Below are positions 40,881-54,100 of a stretch of 64,000 nucleotides of DNA, in pieces. This stretch comes from Balanoglossus misakiensis. Taxonomy: Eukaryota > Animalia > Hemichordata. Position 1 is the first letter of the stretch. Each line of letters starts with the position of its first letter. The stretch is taken from the NCBI GenBank assembly GCA_040954595.2, contig CM082583.2, positions 5,144,849 to 5,208,848 on the forward strand, read 5' to 3'. Below the pieces are notes generated by a model, which saw only the letters and a list, made by a program, of their open reading frames with translations, searched no databases and was not told where the DNA came from. The position numbers and the translations under genes were made by a program.

Positions 40881-43800
40881 ACTAATGCAAAGGCTGACAG
40901 AGGCAAAGGTTTGGCAATGATAAATGGGAAGCGAAAGAATGTGGGCGGGGAGACGGCCGGCCAGATGTCAAAATCGAAAGGACAAAATTATAAATGTACA
41001 TTGTATATCTCACCTACGCTGCCAGTGTTCGCAGTACAGTGGGTTTTACTCGCGTGTTTGTCAGTGCAAAAATTACAATGCATTAAAGCATATTTTATGT
41101 AGAAATGACAAAATGGACATGTTTTATACCTCCCCGTGCTGGCTGGGGATTAGTCGAATATTGTCGTCTGCAAAGAACGCCGAAGCTTTGATGCTTATCG
41201 CGCGGGGTTCCAGGTGCGGTTTCCAGCGAACAATCTATCAGACGACGCAATCGATCAGCCGGGGTGGTGAAACATACCTTTTTATAGCTGGCGATAAGAT
41301 CGCCGTTATCGTCAGAGTAAAACTATCTCCCCGTGCTTATACAAGCCGCGCATCTCCCAATACGAACGATACTAATTAATTTGATAACAACTTCCTGAAA
41401 ACCGCACCGATGCACCGCCCGTGTCGAGCAAACAGCACTCGTAAACCGGTGACGGGCATGATTTGTGATGGCGGGGTTGCCAAGGACAACTTTCCCTTTC
41501 CCCCCTCCAACCAAAAGAGGGGGGGGGGGGATTTCTGAGAGACTTTTGTTTAAACTTCCAAAACAATTTGCGGTTGGTGGTCGATATGTACGCTCTCGGC
41601 GACTTGACACGGCGAGGGTAAAAAGGCTAGAAGTGTGGTAGAACGGAGCGCCCAGTCTGGATTTTAGAAGCGAAGAAAAACCCCGGCGAAACAATAACGA
41701 TTTTTATGAAATATCCCCCACGGGCTGGCGTCCGTACTGTAGCAAAGCTCGTCAATAAACAGTACACGGTGCGCCCCAGGCGGCAGGGTTATAAATTAGC
41801 AACGCCAACACGGAGAAAGACACACCGGGACGGCGCGGTTTTACGGTTTCCAGTCTGTCAAGAAGTGTCGTTTTGACGAAGCCTGAAAGCAACGTAGTTG
41901 ATGATTTAATTTGTAGATGTTCCAAATTTCCTCCAGCCATGCAGTGATGGACCTGTTCGCACATTATAGTGCCTTGCCCGGGGCGCTGTGCCGCATTTTT
42001 CTATTAATTCGCATACAAATATGAAATTTGTACGGAAAATCATAAAATGAATTTGGATTAGCGGCATGAACTATTAACACCCATATATCAACAACTCGTC
42101 CGGGTTTCCCCGTGTCTCAGAGAGCACGTGACCATGCTTACTCGCCTTTTCAATGTTTGTGTGTGCGTTTGAAGTGAGAGAGTTGTACTGTAAATGCATT
42201 GTGACGTTTAAGTTTTTAACTCTTGCAGCGCGCAACCAAAACTTTCACATAGAGTAACATTCGATGTTTGTGAGGAGGGGGCTCGTACTTGGTATACTAA
42301 CGTCAGCTCAAAACCCAAAGCTACATCTAAGTGCACCGACCTACCAAGGTATCGTCGTGAAGAAGAACACACGTAGTACCCCACTGCCTACTTTTGATAT
42401 GCTTTCCCCGCTTATTCCTTGTTATTTGTTTATTTTATCGTCAGCCATTTATTAAAAAAAAGATACAAATCGTGCATACTATGAGTTTCTGGATGTACCC
42501 GATGGCAAAACAACGGACTCTTTATGAGACCGCTCCGCTGGCATTGTACCTCACGCACCCCTAATTGCGTGACGTACGCAGACGGGCTTAAGGTTACCCG
42601 CTACACGATGTTCAAAGAATTTCGAGTGATGGAATTCCTGTAACCACAAACCGTGAAATGGATACGTTTAGTCAAATCTTTGCCGTGACTTGATGCCTAC
42701 TCCAGCCAGACTCGAGTTTTTGCGTCTTCGGACTCACATGACTGAGCATGCGCAGCGAGTCGTGGTGGAGAATCCTTCTGCCGGCGCATAATCTTGAGAT
42801 CATTTACATCCGTTGTTAATTCTCTCAGTGATATCATCTGATTTGGATTGTAATAGCAACGGCTGTATTAGTTTTTCAAAAGAACGAGAACTGATGCGGT
42901 CGTAGCGCTTTTCCGTGTGTTGTTGCCCAAGCTCCATCGCACCATACTCGGTGATCCGTCAAAGTTGACGGCGGAAGTTGTGCGCGACAGAAAGTGGGAC
43001 TCATAAAGTATGCTTGAACGCATGGGCAAGTTCGCAAAGTTCGTTCAGGTCTGCGATGCCACGTGATTCGCGGCGACGTAGAAATAAGGGGAAAGAGAGA
43101 AGATGGGGGGGGGGGGAGGAGAGAAAGTTTAGTGGCTACAAAGTGGTAGTAGGGGTGGTGATGCGAACTTAAAAAGGACCGTATCCGGTTATTGGGGAGG
43201 CCGACGCGGTTCAAATGACTGTGGTGTCGGAATAGTACAGCGTTGACATACCGCTGCATTTGCCCGACCGTCTGATTGTCTGCCTAACATTTTTCTAATG
43301 CGTCCACATTCTTGCACTATACAGTAACTGCATGTAGGCCAAATTCGTGACATCGACGACATCCTATCTTTTTGAACCCGATATCATTTGTTGTTCGAAA
43401 ATTTACAACGTAAAGTTCTTGACTTCATTACTGTTATGGGACAGAGGCTTTTGTAGTTCCAAGTTTTGCATGTCTCTGTCAATGAATAGAAAATGATAAT
43501 GGTAATAAAGCTTAGGAAAGAAGATGTCATTTTTGCCCGACAAAATGCCAGATATTATGAGCGATGTTCAGACTCCCCTGGTCATCACTGGCAAATTTAT
43601 GACCATCGCTCTGTCGTCGTTGTCCCGCGGCACCGATGCACGCTCGCTGGGCAGGTTACACCAGCTCCCGCGGATCGTTATGTGCTGCAAAAACGTGAAA
43701 CAGGGAGACCTCTATTATGCATGGTATTAACCCCATCTCTAATTTTAATGCTAACTCCACCGTCGAGAAAGAAGGAGATAAATTCGAATTTATGATGCGC

Positions 43801-45235
43801 GGGTTTTTTTTACTACCAAGTTCAAAAGAGCAGCTAGACCATGATGCAAAGCGATCCATATACACTTTGTTGGAACCAGTTGATTGCGGCTTTTTATTGG
43901 TCATTTTTGTTGCACTTATGATCAGACTTAACGAGATAAAACGTTTCAAGGCCGTCGCCTAAAAAGTGCAAAATGTTTTGAGAGAAAAAAATTGATGATT
44001 ATGGCGAGCACTTGACTAACAACTCCTGTGATATGGGCATTTGAACACGTTCGTTCGCAACGTTTACCGCGCAGGCCGACGACGACAATGACTTAATAAC
44101 CGTGGCGTTGAACTTCAGCCTCAACACATCAAATCACTCTCACTTACGTTTTGGATAATTCGGTTCCGGTGTACTTGACAGTGAGGTTGATTTGGGTCTC
44201 CTTAGTTGAGCAGACTAACAATTTGCTCAATCGCTTTTGATTATTCTCTCATTAATTCAATTTATTTCTGAGACCATTTGTCAATCACGGTGTGCGGTTA
44301 GCTACATTGTACTTCGCTCTCGCCCGCGTTTTTTTTTATTTACAGCGCGTTTCCTTTCCACAGAAATTCGCCGGGAAAATTACGGGCTGCAGCTGATTCG
44401 CCGTCGCTGAATTGACATTTTCTCCCTTCACTTTTTTTACTTAGAGGGTGTGCTTGTCAAATCGATAGTTTTCCCTACCCCACCGAACTTCTCCGCTCCT
44501 CTGAACACCACTAACACAACGGGGTGACGTGGACACCTGTAGCCAATGGGACAACACTGTAGAGATTTAGATTCTGGCACGGTGACATACACGGAGTTTA
44601 GACAATATTCGCAGTCTTGAGATCTCGTTGAGGCCTATTTCATTAGGAATTAAAAAGACCCCCCCCCTTCTGTCACCCCGATTGTGACTTCCTGTTGGAA
44701 CTACATGAACTAAGACGTCAACCCACAACTGTCAAAGTTACTATCCGAGTACGCGGCTCATTGACACGGTGCAACGCCTCGGGTGTAATCTCGTGTGGGT
44801 GGAAAGGTCACATCAATGCACGGGGCGCTGTTTCAACCTACATTCACGGTGGCTTTTAGTGTATTAAATATAGATGAAGTCTGCTTCAAGGTTAGATTTG
44901 AAGTTGAACTTTGTATTTCAGGTGCATGTTTACTTATGTAGCTTTAACCCTGACATGCCCTATATCCCCTAGAATAACGTGAAAGCCAAGGAGAAATAAG
45001 GGTATATCTGCTATCTTGTTTTCACGAAATTTGACACTTCAAACGTTTCCGATAAAAAGCCGCCATTTTAGCCGCGTGGCCGCCATTTTGAATAATTTGA
45101 TATACATGAAAATAAGACATTCAACTTTACTTAAGGATATTCTATAATATAATCACTAAGAAATCAAAGAAAATTAATCAGGATAAAATTATAAAAGAAG
45201 AATTATAGATATAGATCATATTGTAGGCAATATAT

Positions 45236-45655
45236 TTTTTATTTATTTATTATTCATTTATTTACTTGTTTATCTATTTATTTATTTATTTAAAACATGC
45301 CCAAGGCCTGTAAGTTGTATAAAAATCAGCGTAGATTACGAGGTAAAGGATAAATACAATAAAAATGAAGAGACATAAAGCTAACATAAAAAATTAAAAC
45401 GGAGATCTTTCCCCACTGATCTTTGCCTCGTTTTCTTCATTTCAAAGTATACCACCTCAAGGAATACTTCACTGGCAAGAGAATACAATTTCCATCTCCA
45501 TAATTGAGGAGGGTCTTTCAAGCGTTTCATATATCTAAGGGATCTGTGCAGAGTCATATTTCGTGGAGACATGGTAATTGTCTGTAATGCAACGAGTCTT
45601 GTCTTTGTACACAAGGTATTTTTTCAGTTGCATAGTTTATAGTTATATCGACTCT
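45236..45655 (-). mobile_element. Degraded 3' end of a non-LTR retrotransposon (CR1/L2-like)
   Basis: Minus strand ends in a (TAAA)n-like tail (plus TTATTTATTT at about 45236-45290). Upstream translation (YNYKLCN*KNTLCTKTR...RSLRY...PQLW...KLYSLASEV) loosely echoes the CR1/L2 ORF2 C-terminal 'Y.LR...RT...SF.Y....LWNSLP' pattern; segment is CpG-poor. Confidence 0.4.
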
Positions 45656-46867
45656 TGTTTGTTTTGTTCGTGCTGTTGTGTGTTTTTTCTGTTGTCAACT
45701 TCATTAAAATCACTTGCTTAGCGTTAAAATCACTTCGAATATAACAGGTGTCTACGCACTGGAGAACTACCCCCCAAAATGACCTGTAAACCATTTCTAT
45801 TGGACTTTCTCATTTTTCCCGCAACATTCATACCTGATGGATAAATTCCGTAAAACCCATTCAACGATCTTTACCGTCACTGTGCAAAACTGTCAACGCG
45901 TTCTTAGTTCCATCCGCTAATGCGGTCACGGTTTGTCCCCGGGTATTTCTACACGAAGGTACAAGTTCAAATGTTTGTAGTAGCTTACGCTAATAACGCA
46001 ATTTAATAAACTTGACGTTGACGTTCCACATTAACTCTCAAAGTCATACAGTGTCCGTCGCAGTCTTTTTCATGAACGTGCTCGGGGCCACCGTTTCCAA
46101 ACATCATAATTTTGCCCTGCTATCGCCTATTTTGAATGACAACGTTATATCTGATTTTAATAAGCACATAAAATACACATATCTCGAGTTCCGCGCTGAC
46201 AGTTATTTACCTCTTTGATAAAACCGTAAATATATAGTCTTAGTATGTAACCTTCCCCACCCCCTCCGACAGAACAGCCAAAATATGTTTCGCCGTTGAC
46301 GTAGAGTACACATCGAACCTTGTAATGGAAAACAGCGAACTGGAAAAGTCTATACAACAGCAGCGAAGGACCGACTTCATCAAAGCCCTTGAAAAGTCTA
46401 TAATAAGACAGTAAAATTCCCCACTTGACGCGGACATATATACCTCTGAATTATTGCATGGAGGGTAAATATATTGCCAATGGTACTGTGATTTCTTTTT
46501 ACGAAAGCCATGGCGATCAGATCTTAAATTATTTATGTCTGCCCAGGGAGAAATCTCTCATTTAGAATTGATGCAAGCATATTTCCCAAAATGCCCAAAC
46601 GTCAAATTTTCTCTTGTTTACATCATTTCTGTGTCCAATGAATGAAAGAAAGAAGAAATTAGCCTATTTTCCGAATCTTAAATGAAACTGTCATGAAATA
46701 AAAAAAATAAAACGAGAAGGAAAGTAGTCATAGCAACAGATGTCAAGACGTCTCGGAGCAAGATGAGAACGGCGTTCTGTTGACGACAGTTTATTATGCA
46801 TTAACAAGCAGAGCAGTTTTATATCAAATGTTCAACAAACAGACAAGGCCTTAGTGGCTAACTAAGT

Positions 46868-46902
46868 AACAAACAAACAAACAAACAAACAAACAAACAA
46901 AA
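46868..46902. repeat. (AAAC)n microsatellite
   Basis: Direct reading. Confidence 0.95.
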
Positions 46903-46938
46903 TTTACTAACTATATAAGTACATGTAACTAACTATTA

Positions 46939-46970
46939 ACTAGAAAATGGCGGCGTGAACTACGGCTGTC
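46939..46970 (-). mobile_element. Possible Helitron-like 3' terminus
   Basis: Minus strand ends ...TTCTAG|T, preceded by an imperfect GC-rich hairpin (plus GGCGGCGT-GAACT-ACGGCTGTC). 5' end not found. Confidence 0.3.
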
Positions 46971-47843
46971 AAAGGTACTCGTCGTCACAGTAAAATGGCT
47001 AACGGAAAGCTCAGACACGGAACGAACGATATCGTTTGTGACTCATTTCGATCTCTTATGATTTGAGCGCCGTGTCTTATCATGGCAATGTGCAATTTAT
47101 TTCGAAAATTATGTTTTTTTTATTGCATTCCGATATCATCATTATATTTCTTCAGGGGAGACGTCGCAACAACCCCGAGCGGCTTTTATCATCGGTGTAG
47201 GATTTCAAGTGTAAAAAAATGATACCTGGAGAACGGTTTGTGTGTTTTTTTCGCGCGCGGAGGTGTGATGGAACGGGCACAGTCGAGCGGGTGACAGTAG
47301 CGATGATGGTTACATGTTCTAGTGTGCACGTATCGCGGCGTTGTGGGCTGCTGTTTCGCGCAAGCAGAAAACACACACACACAACGCAACACTGCACAGC
47401 AAGGGTTATTAGTTCTGGTGTGTTTTAGCGGTTGCTTCGCTATCCGCTGTTCACGGCCATTGAAGGCGAAATGAAAATTAATTGGCAAAATCATCTATCA
47501 CTTGCAAGTGTGTTTATCGTGTTTATGCGAACGGCTGTCTTCGCGGTAAAAACATCATAACCGGCATATTGATGATAGCCCGCTCGGGAGTTTTCCTTTT
47601 CATCACGTTGATTGTGAACCCCTAATCAAATAAAGGAAATAATTTATATTATGAAGCAAATTTCCATTACATAAAATTAATAAGAAGTTTATCACTCCGT
47701 GATTAAAGTGGATTAAAATGGATTAGTTGATCTTGACGATGAAAAGTGACACGCGTATAAATTTTGTAGATGGTTTCTGAAGACCATAAAAATGAGTGTA
47801 CAAGTAAATACATGCACTTTTAATCAAAGTAAATGCATACACA

Positions 47844-47847
47844 TGTC

Positions 47848-47892
<45 letters not shown>

Positions 47893-47983
47893 ATGTATGT
47901 ATGTATGTATGTATGTATGTATGTATGTATGTATGTATGTATGTATGTATGTATGTATGTATGTATGTATGTATGTATGTATG

Positions 47984-48014
<31 letters not shown>

Positions 48015-48025
48015 GAGACAGAGGG

Positions 48026-48077
<52 letters not shown>

Positions 48078-48078
48078 G
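47844..48078. repeat. Compound microsatellite (TGTC)n-(TGTA)n-(GACA)n, a fold-back arrangement
   Basis: Direct reading; the outer arrays are reverse complements of each other. Confidence 0.97.
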
Positions 48079-50323
48079 GGGTGATCTTCAGTATTTAGTA
48101 TCTACGTATGTCTAAGCAGACCTTGGGGCAAGACCAAAGTATATTACCCACAACCAGCAACCCCGCCCTTCTTGCGGCTCTCCAACCTCCAAGTCATTCT
48201 ATGTATGACCGACGTGCACACGGTGCGTCGTACCGCAGCATAAGTCCTCCCGTTCCGTTCCTTTGAAACACCTTGATTGACATTCCGAGTTGAAAGCGAC
48301 ATCGTGATCGACCGGGCCACTTTTCAACCGAGTGTCAGAAATGATATCACAGAACTTCCGACATCAAAGCTTTCTCTTTCCTTTATCTCCAACTGATCGA
48401 TGGAATAATATTAAAATGCCGTCAAACTTAAGTGCACCGAAAAATGATGTGAAGTTCACGGAACAGGCGTGCTGGAAACGCCGCCAGGAATGAATGGGCA
48501 ACGTGAAATCTGCGTTTTAAGCGCCACTCCTTTTCGTTTCCCGCGCTACCCTAACGATTGCTGTGTGCTGTTAAGATCAAGAGGACAGAAGGCGGGGTAG
48601 ATTGTTAGAATCATTTCCGTACATGTCCGTTTCAAAAAATCGATCAGTCAAAAGATTAAAATCGCGATAAAAGCCTCGAAGTGAAAGAGACGCAGAAACG
48701 CACTTTTTTTTCAAAAATTTTAATTGCCGTGAAGTAAACATCGGTTAGTCGATTTCTACCATTGACGGCAACAAAAACGCGCACACAGAAGTTATTGCTC
48801 AATGCTTCGTTGCGCAGCGCCGTGAGAAAAGCGACACAGTGGGCAGTGTTCATATTAATCGAAAGGGCTTTCATTACATTTCGAAAAATCATTGATGAAG
48901 GGTGACACAGTTTAATATGAATAGATTGAAAAGTCAAAAAAATTGCCTCTGCCGATCGTTGCATGGATTACTGTTACCTTTTCTGTCGTGTTTTCTATCG
49001 ATAGTCCGCGCCCGCCTATTGTCGGCGGTGGCCAGTGATCGATGGTAATTTGAAGAAGAAGAAAAAAAACTCGCTGACTTCTCCACACTCGGCGAATTCC
49101 CTGGAAGACTCCGGAGCGCGCTCCCATTCCCGATCTCGTTACAAGACGTGTGGGAAAGGCACGAGCGAGGACAATTCGATCGCACATGCGCCTTTTTTTA
49201 GTATTGAATCGGGTCTCTTTATTCAATATCAGAACTATAGGCGTCAGGTTCAACTGGTCCGGTAAACCGGAGTGATATTGGCTTCTGGTGAATGTTTGCC
49301 CTTGACTCTGATTTCAGCGGTTAAATAACGAACGCGGTTCTCTCTTTATTCAGTCGTAACGGGGGGGTGACAATAGATCAACTCTTTACGCAAAGTATTG
49401 AGAATATTACAAAAATATGATTGAAGAAAATCCTTCCTTTGGTTGATATGATGAAGGTATGACAGCGATCTCGCCTGTGCGATGTGAAATTACTACGCGA
49501 GTGAGTCGCTTGTCCATAAATGGTAAAAACACAGTCCCTCAACATAACACTCGGTCAACAAAATCATATTATCAAAGACATGATATTTTCTTGCTTGACA
49601 AAAGAATTTGGTGTTTCGCTGAAAACGTGACATTTTGTCACATTCGAGGACTCGGCACAATTAAAGGGAAACAATCAAAAAATTCAAGATAGAGACAATA
49701 GATATTGTTTGTTGAAAATTCGAATTCTGCGTTATCCAGTGAATGGCTTTTATGAACATTGATACTAATCACCGTGTTGTGTGTTTTGAAATAAGTCAAT
49801 AAGACTCTTTTTTGTTCCATAACCACCCCATGACCGGAATGAGTTCAGTATGGCTTCTTGTGCTAATTTACCCAACAAAGTAATTAGCCGAGAATTACGT
49901 TCCCGCAGTACTGTATTAGACTCTCTGCTGCATGTGGAAACGTGTACGTCTTTTCAGAGAGCCCGGATTATCTTAAGCTGTTTATGGTCCGCGATTGAGC
50001 TCTGGCAACGGGGGACCCAGGCACCCCGGCATGGCACACAAACGTCCCCCCTTCTCCATTACAGCAAAACGACGCGCCGTATTTTCCGGCGTGGCATTTC
50101 ATATGTCAGTTTATGACTAAGTTTCCAAAAAGGCGGCTAATATCACACGATGATGTTATGATACGTAAGAAACCATACGACATTTTCTGCTTTTGGCGCG
50201 ATGTTGGAGAACATTGATAGAATAATATTGCATTTTTTCTCGGTCGCTTTGTTGTTCGCGTTCGACTGGGTTATCATCGCGTGCCATAGAACCCCCCCCC
50301 CCCCGCGCTTATCTCTGGAAACT

Positions 50324-50425
50324 TTAACCTCTTACCCGCCATGGTTTAGTCCAACCCCGTTGTTCTCAATGGCAATGCTGGGCCTCTCTACAGGGAAATG
50401 GGGGGGGGGGGGGTGAAAGGGTTAA
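50324..50425. mobile_element. piggyBac-type MITE (~94 bp) with TTAA target-site duplication
   Basis: TTAA|CCTCTTACCCGCC ... GGGGGTGAAAGGG|TTAA; right end reverse-complements to CCCTTTCACCCCC, an imperfect TIR with piggyBac-type CCC/CCT termini. Confidence 0.65.
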
Positions 50426-51045
50426 CGCCATCGCCACAGAAAAAGTATCGCTCCCCACCAACTAAACATGCAACTTTTATTGGCTTCGGGCGGACTTTGT
50501 TCATTAACATTCGGCTCACGTAGGCCAGGCCGATCGATTTATTCACCCTCCCAGCTCTTTTGTTCATCTCCGACCGCATGCTCGGCATTTTGGTTTTCAA
50601 TATCACCGAGCGGGGGAGCGACCAAGTGCTTGGTGTGTATGCACCTCTATTGTGGACGTGTTAACAAAGCCCTATTCGCCGTGAGCAAAGATGAGGTAGA
50701 AACCTCACATCATTCATAATACGCCCTTTTTACGCACTGATGTATGCACTATGATGTGATCGCTGACAGCGGCTTCAAATCGACATGCAATATTCCAATC
50801 CATAGAGAGAGAGAGAAAAGGGATATTTTGCCGCGGTAAAAATTTCACGCTAACATTCTTTTATCTGTGAACAAAATCAACAGTTACGGGGACCGCTAAA
50901 AAACCCGAAATGTGCGAAGCGTGATAAGAGCGGTTGACGACATTCGCAATTTTGAGAGAGAGAGAAAAAATCGCGAATTGAATGATGGGGAAAGTGAACG
51001 GAAGATGTATCGATATCCGATCAGTCGTGGTGTCGTGAAGCGTAC

Positions 51046-51195
51046 TTGTCCATGTTGAGGTTTTCTGATGTGGTCTTCGTCATGGAGAACGGCGCTGCGC
51101 CCCCCCCGGGGGAGGAAGTACACTGCTTCGGGTGTCAGCTCCGTCGTGTTGGGAGAGTCGCGCGCTTTTCCAAGCTGCCGACTGAAACTCCCGGC
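51046..51195 (-). other. Candidate exon (150 nt), coding or 5' UTR
   Basis: Long polypyrimidine acceptor (ttctattttttccttctgctgctcgagcag), GC-rich body, donor CAA|gtacgc; only the phase-0 frame is open throughout (AGSFSRQLGKARDSPNTTELTPEAVYFLPRGGRSAVLHDEDHIRKPQHGQ). Confidence 0.35.
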
Positions 51196-54100
51196 CTGCT
51201 CGAGCAGCAGAAGGAAAAAATAGAATATGCTAAGAGAAAAAGGCGTGCTAATCACGCAAGAACGGGATAACTTGTAGCTTTCATGTCGTTATACGACGTA
51301 CCAAGATTCTTGTTTTCGAATTTAATTAAAAAAACTCACGAAATGATCCGAAATTTGGATCTAAAGTTGTACAATGATCGAAATTCAAAATGGCTGCCAA
51401 GTTCTGCGTAATGAAAGGGGAAAGTACGAACTGTTGATTCTCTTGAAAATTGCGGATTACTTTTTCTCGACTTTTTCTACAAAAGTTTGAATTGAGCAGA
51501 GAATGGATGCATTTCGGCCCCGGAAGACTCACTTTCCGGAAACCTCAGTCCCAGCGGCGCACGCGCAGTCCTTTTCTCACCACAAGTCACATGGAGATAA
51601 GGCAAGGAAAATACCACGGTTCCGTTTCAATTCAAGCACAAAACTGTGCAGTTGTCGCGGTCTGAAAATGAAATTTCAATAGTTTTGCACTCCCTGGATC
51701 GGTTCTCGCGCAGCTCGTGTTAAATTAAAATACAACGCTGAAAATCATTGCGTTCCCAGACGAATGTTACCCATCAACACTGCTTGGAATTATGATGCGC
51801 ATCTCCCGATCTCGTGCCCGCGGCATATTATTATTAGTTTCGGAATCAGACTCGGGTGACATGAATTCAGGTTTACCCACAATTCCCCGTGGACCGACAG
51901 AACACGTCGCCCCGGGAATGTCGTGACGCGTACAACACTTTACTCACCTCAAGCTATTTGGCCAATCCAGTGCTCATCTTTTCCGGAAAGAAAAACAAAC
52001 GAGCCGAAAGATAATAAAATTTAGCTAATTACAGTGATGAATCGTGCGTACAGCTTTATCATTTCACTAATATGATAATTAAGAAAAACTTCGGTGGCTG
52101 TAATTACTGTAACGACATGTAATTTTGATGTCTTGTTTTGCACGAAAAATCTCTTACGTTTGACTGCTCGCTAGAGTCCGTCAATCCATCAAGGAATGCG
52201 GTTATTTAATATTTTATAAATAGACAAATAATTTCATGTCCTGACGATAGTCGATTTTGTTTCAGATCAAAGAATAGGTGTCACTTAAACTCACCTCTCC
52301 ATCACGTTCGAGAAAGATCAAACGATCAAGCAGCGAAGTTAGGATTGGACGTGACTTAGGGTTAGGGCCTTTGGGATTCAACAACACGATAGCAACCAAA
52401 CATTTGGTTTTTAAAATAGTCTTTTTTAGAAAGTGAAATGGACCCCCACGGTAATCAGAGATGGGACTACATCTGCTTTAAACAGTTGAGGCCTGTCGCG
52501 TTTTATAGGTAGAAACTTCTTTACCTGGCTAATTACAGCAAGAAGCGTTTTTACCATGCACTGTGTATGTGTCATGTACCTACGTCTATATATACGCAGT
52601 CCGCTCACGACGTGTTTTACTGTTTGGGCCAAAATAGTGGGGATATTCCATCAAACCTCCCAAATCTTGTTTCCAGATTAAGAAAAGACGACGGGTGGTT
52701 TCAATTTTTTCGCAATGCAATACAGAGAGAAAAGAGCTGCAAACGGCGAAGTCGTTCGAGTGTCTGGAGAGATTGTCAACTCGCTGATTACTTTGTCCGA
52801 TGCATCTGTTAATAAAATCTGCTATCGCGTTCGCGTGTGAGCGGTTCCTTCGCCCCAAGCACTTCTTAATCACAACCAACTTCACCGCGCAGCTGATAAG
52901 ACAAGATAGTTGCTGTAGATAGCATTAGTGTGCCGATAGGTGCTGTGTGTATAGGCAAGAGGCCTCCACAGTGCCATAATTCAAACTAACAGAAACAAAT
53001 CTATGCAATTTATCCCCTTTTCTTTGCTCTGCCTTCTTGGTGTATTATGACAGCCACTCGTTGATATCTTGCGATGTTTCATCTCCCCTCGTGGTTTTGT
53101 TTGTCCGTGTTTGTCCCATACCCCGCCGTAACTTGAGGTGATGTCTTTACAAAAACACGAGATTTAAATTAATGCCGGCAAAGTTTTCTTTCAATTAACT
53201 GTACCACGATTAATGATGATACTGAAACATTAGTGTAGAGCATGCTGTCACCTCACTACAGAAAACCGTACTGTGTAAGTAAAAGACGTCGCCGTTCCCT
53301 ACATCTGATTTTAATAAGATTGATCCACAACTAGAATGCAATATTTAAAACAATGTTGTACATGCATTGTTTTATGTTTAAAACGACGAAAATCCCCCAC
53401 GGGATGAGATAAAAATTTTGACCTTAAACTTCAAGAGATCATATTTGTCAAACAATTGTGCACTACCATTGAACTGTAAAGATAACAGAAGACCCAGGTC
53501 GGTTGATTCGATTTCAAGTTCACGAAGGACGGTTTTACTTTGACCTCCACAGGAAAGTCGATACGATCGTTCATTGAATGTAATCGATTTCATCAGTGTT
53601 GCTTTGTTTGCCCCAGCTCATTCGAGGTGTTTTCTAAAGGCGTAGTTGCAACCGCGGAGGGGAGGGGGAGTGAGAAGTTCCATGCCGGAACTCATTATGG
53701 CGATGCACCCATCGAATGTTTTTCGACTATAAACGCGAAACCTGAAACGAAACAATGGTGGCCACAATTGAAGACCTCGACAGTATGTGTATGTTCTTCC
53801 CTCCGATGTTAAGTTTCAAAAGAGTTCAAATCGAAGTGTCTATCATTGTTTTATTACGGGAAAATACAACCCAACGACTTCAACAAGTTTGCTTTGAGAT
53901 TAATAATCGCTGCAACGCCGCGAAAGTAGAACCAAAACTAAACATTATTTCCTAAATAATTATTCAGGAAATAATGTTTGACATTGCTACAGTGGATCAA
54001 CCAAACCCCGAGATGGCGCTCTTCTCCCCAATTCCAAATGACAGGAGGTCAAATCACGAAGATATTGAATTATGCGGTAACAATAACTGTTTTTACTGCT

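Noticed and set aside
43493-43962. Cluster of overlapping ORFs in several frames
   Set aside because: No recognisable motifs or clear splice boundaries.
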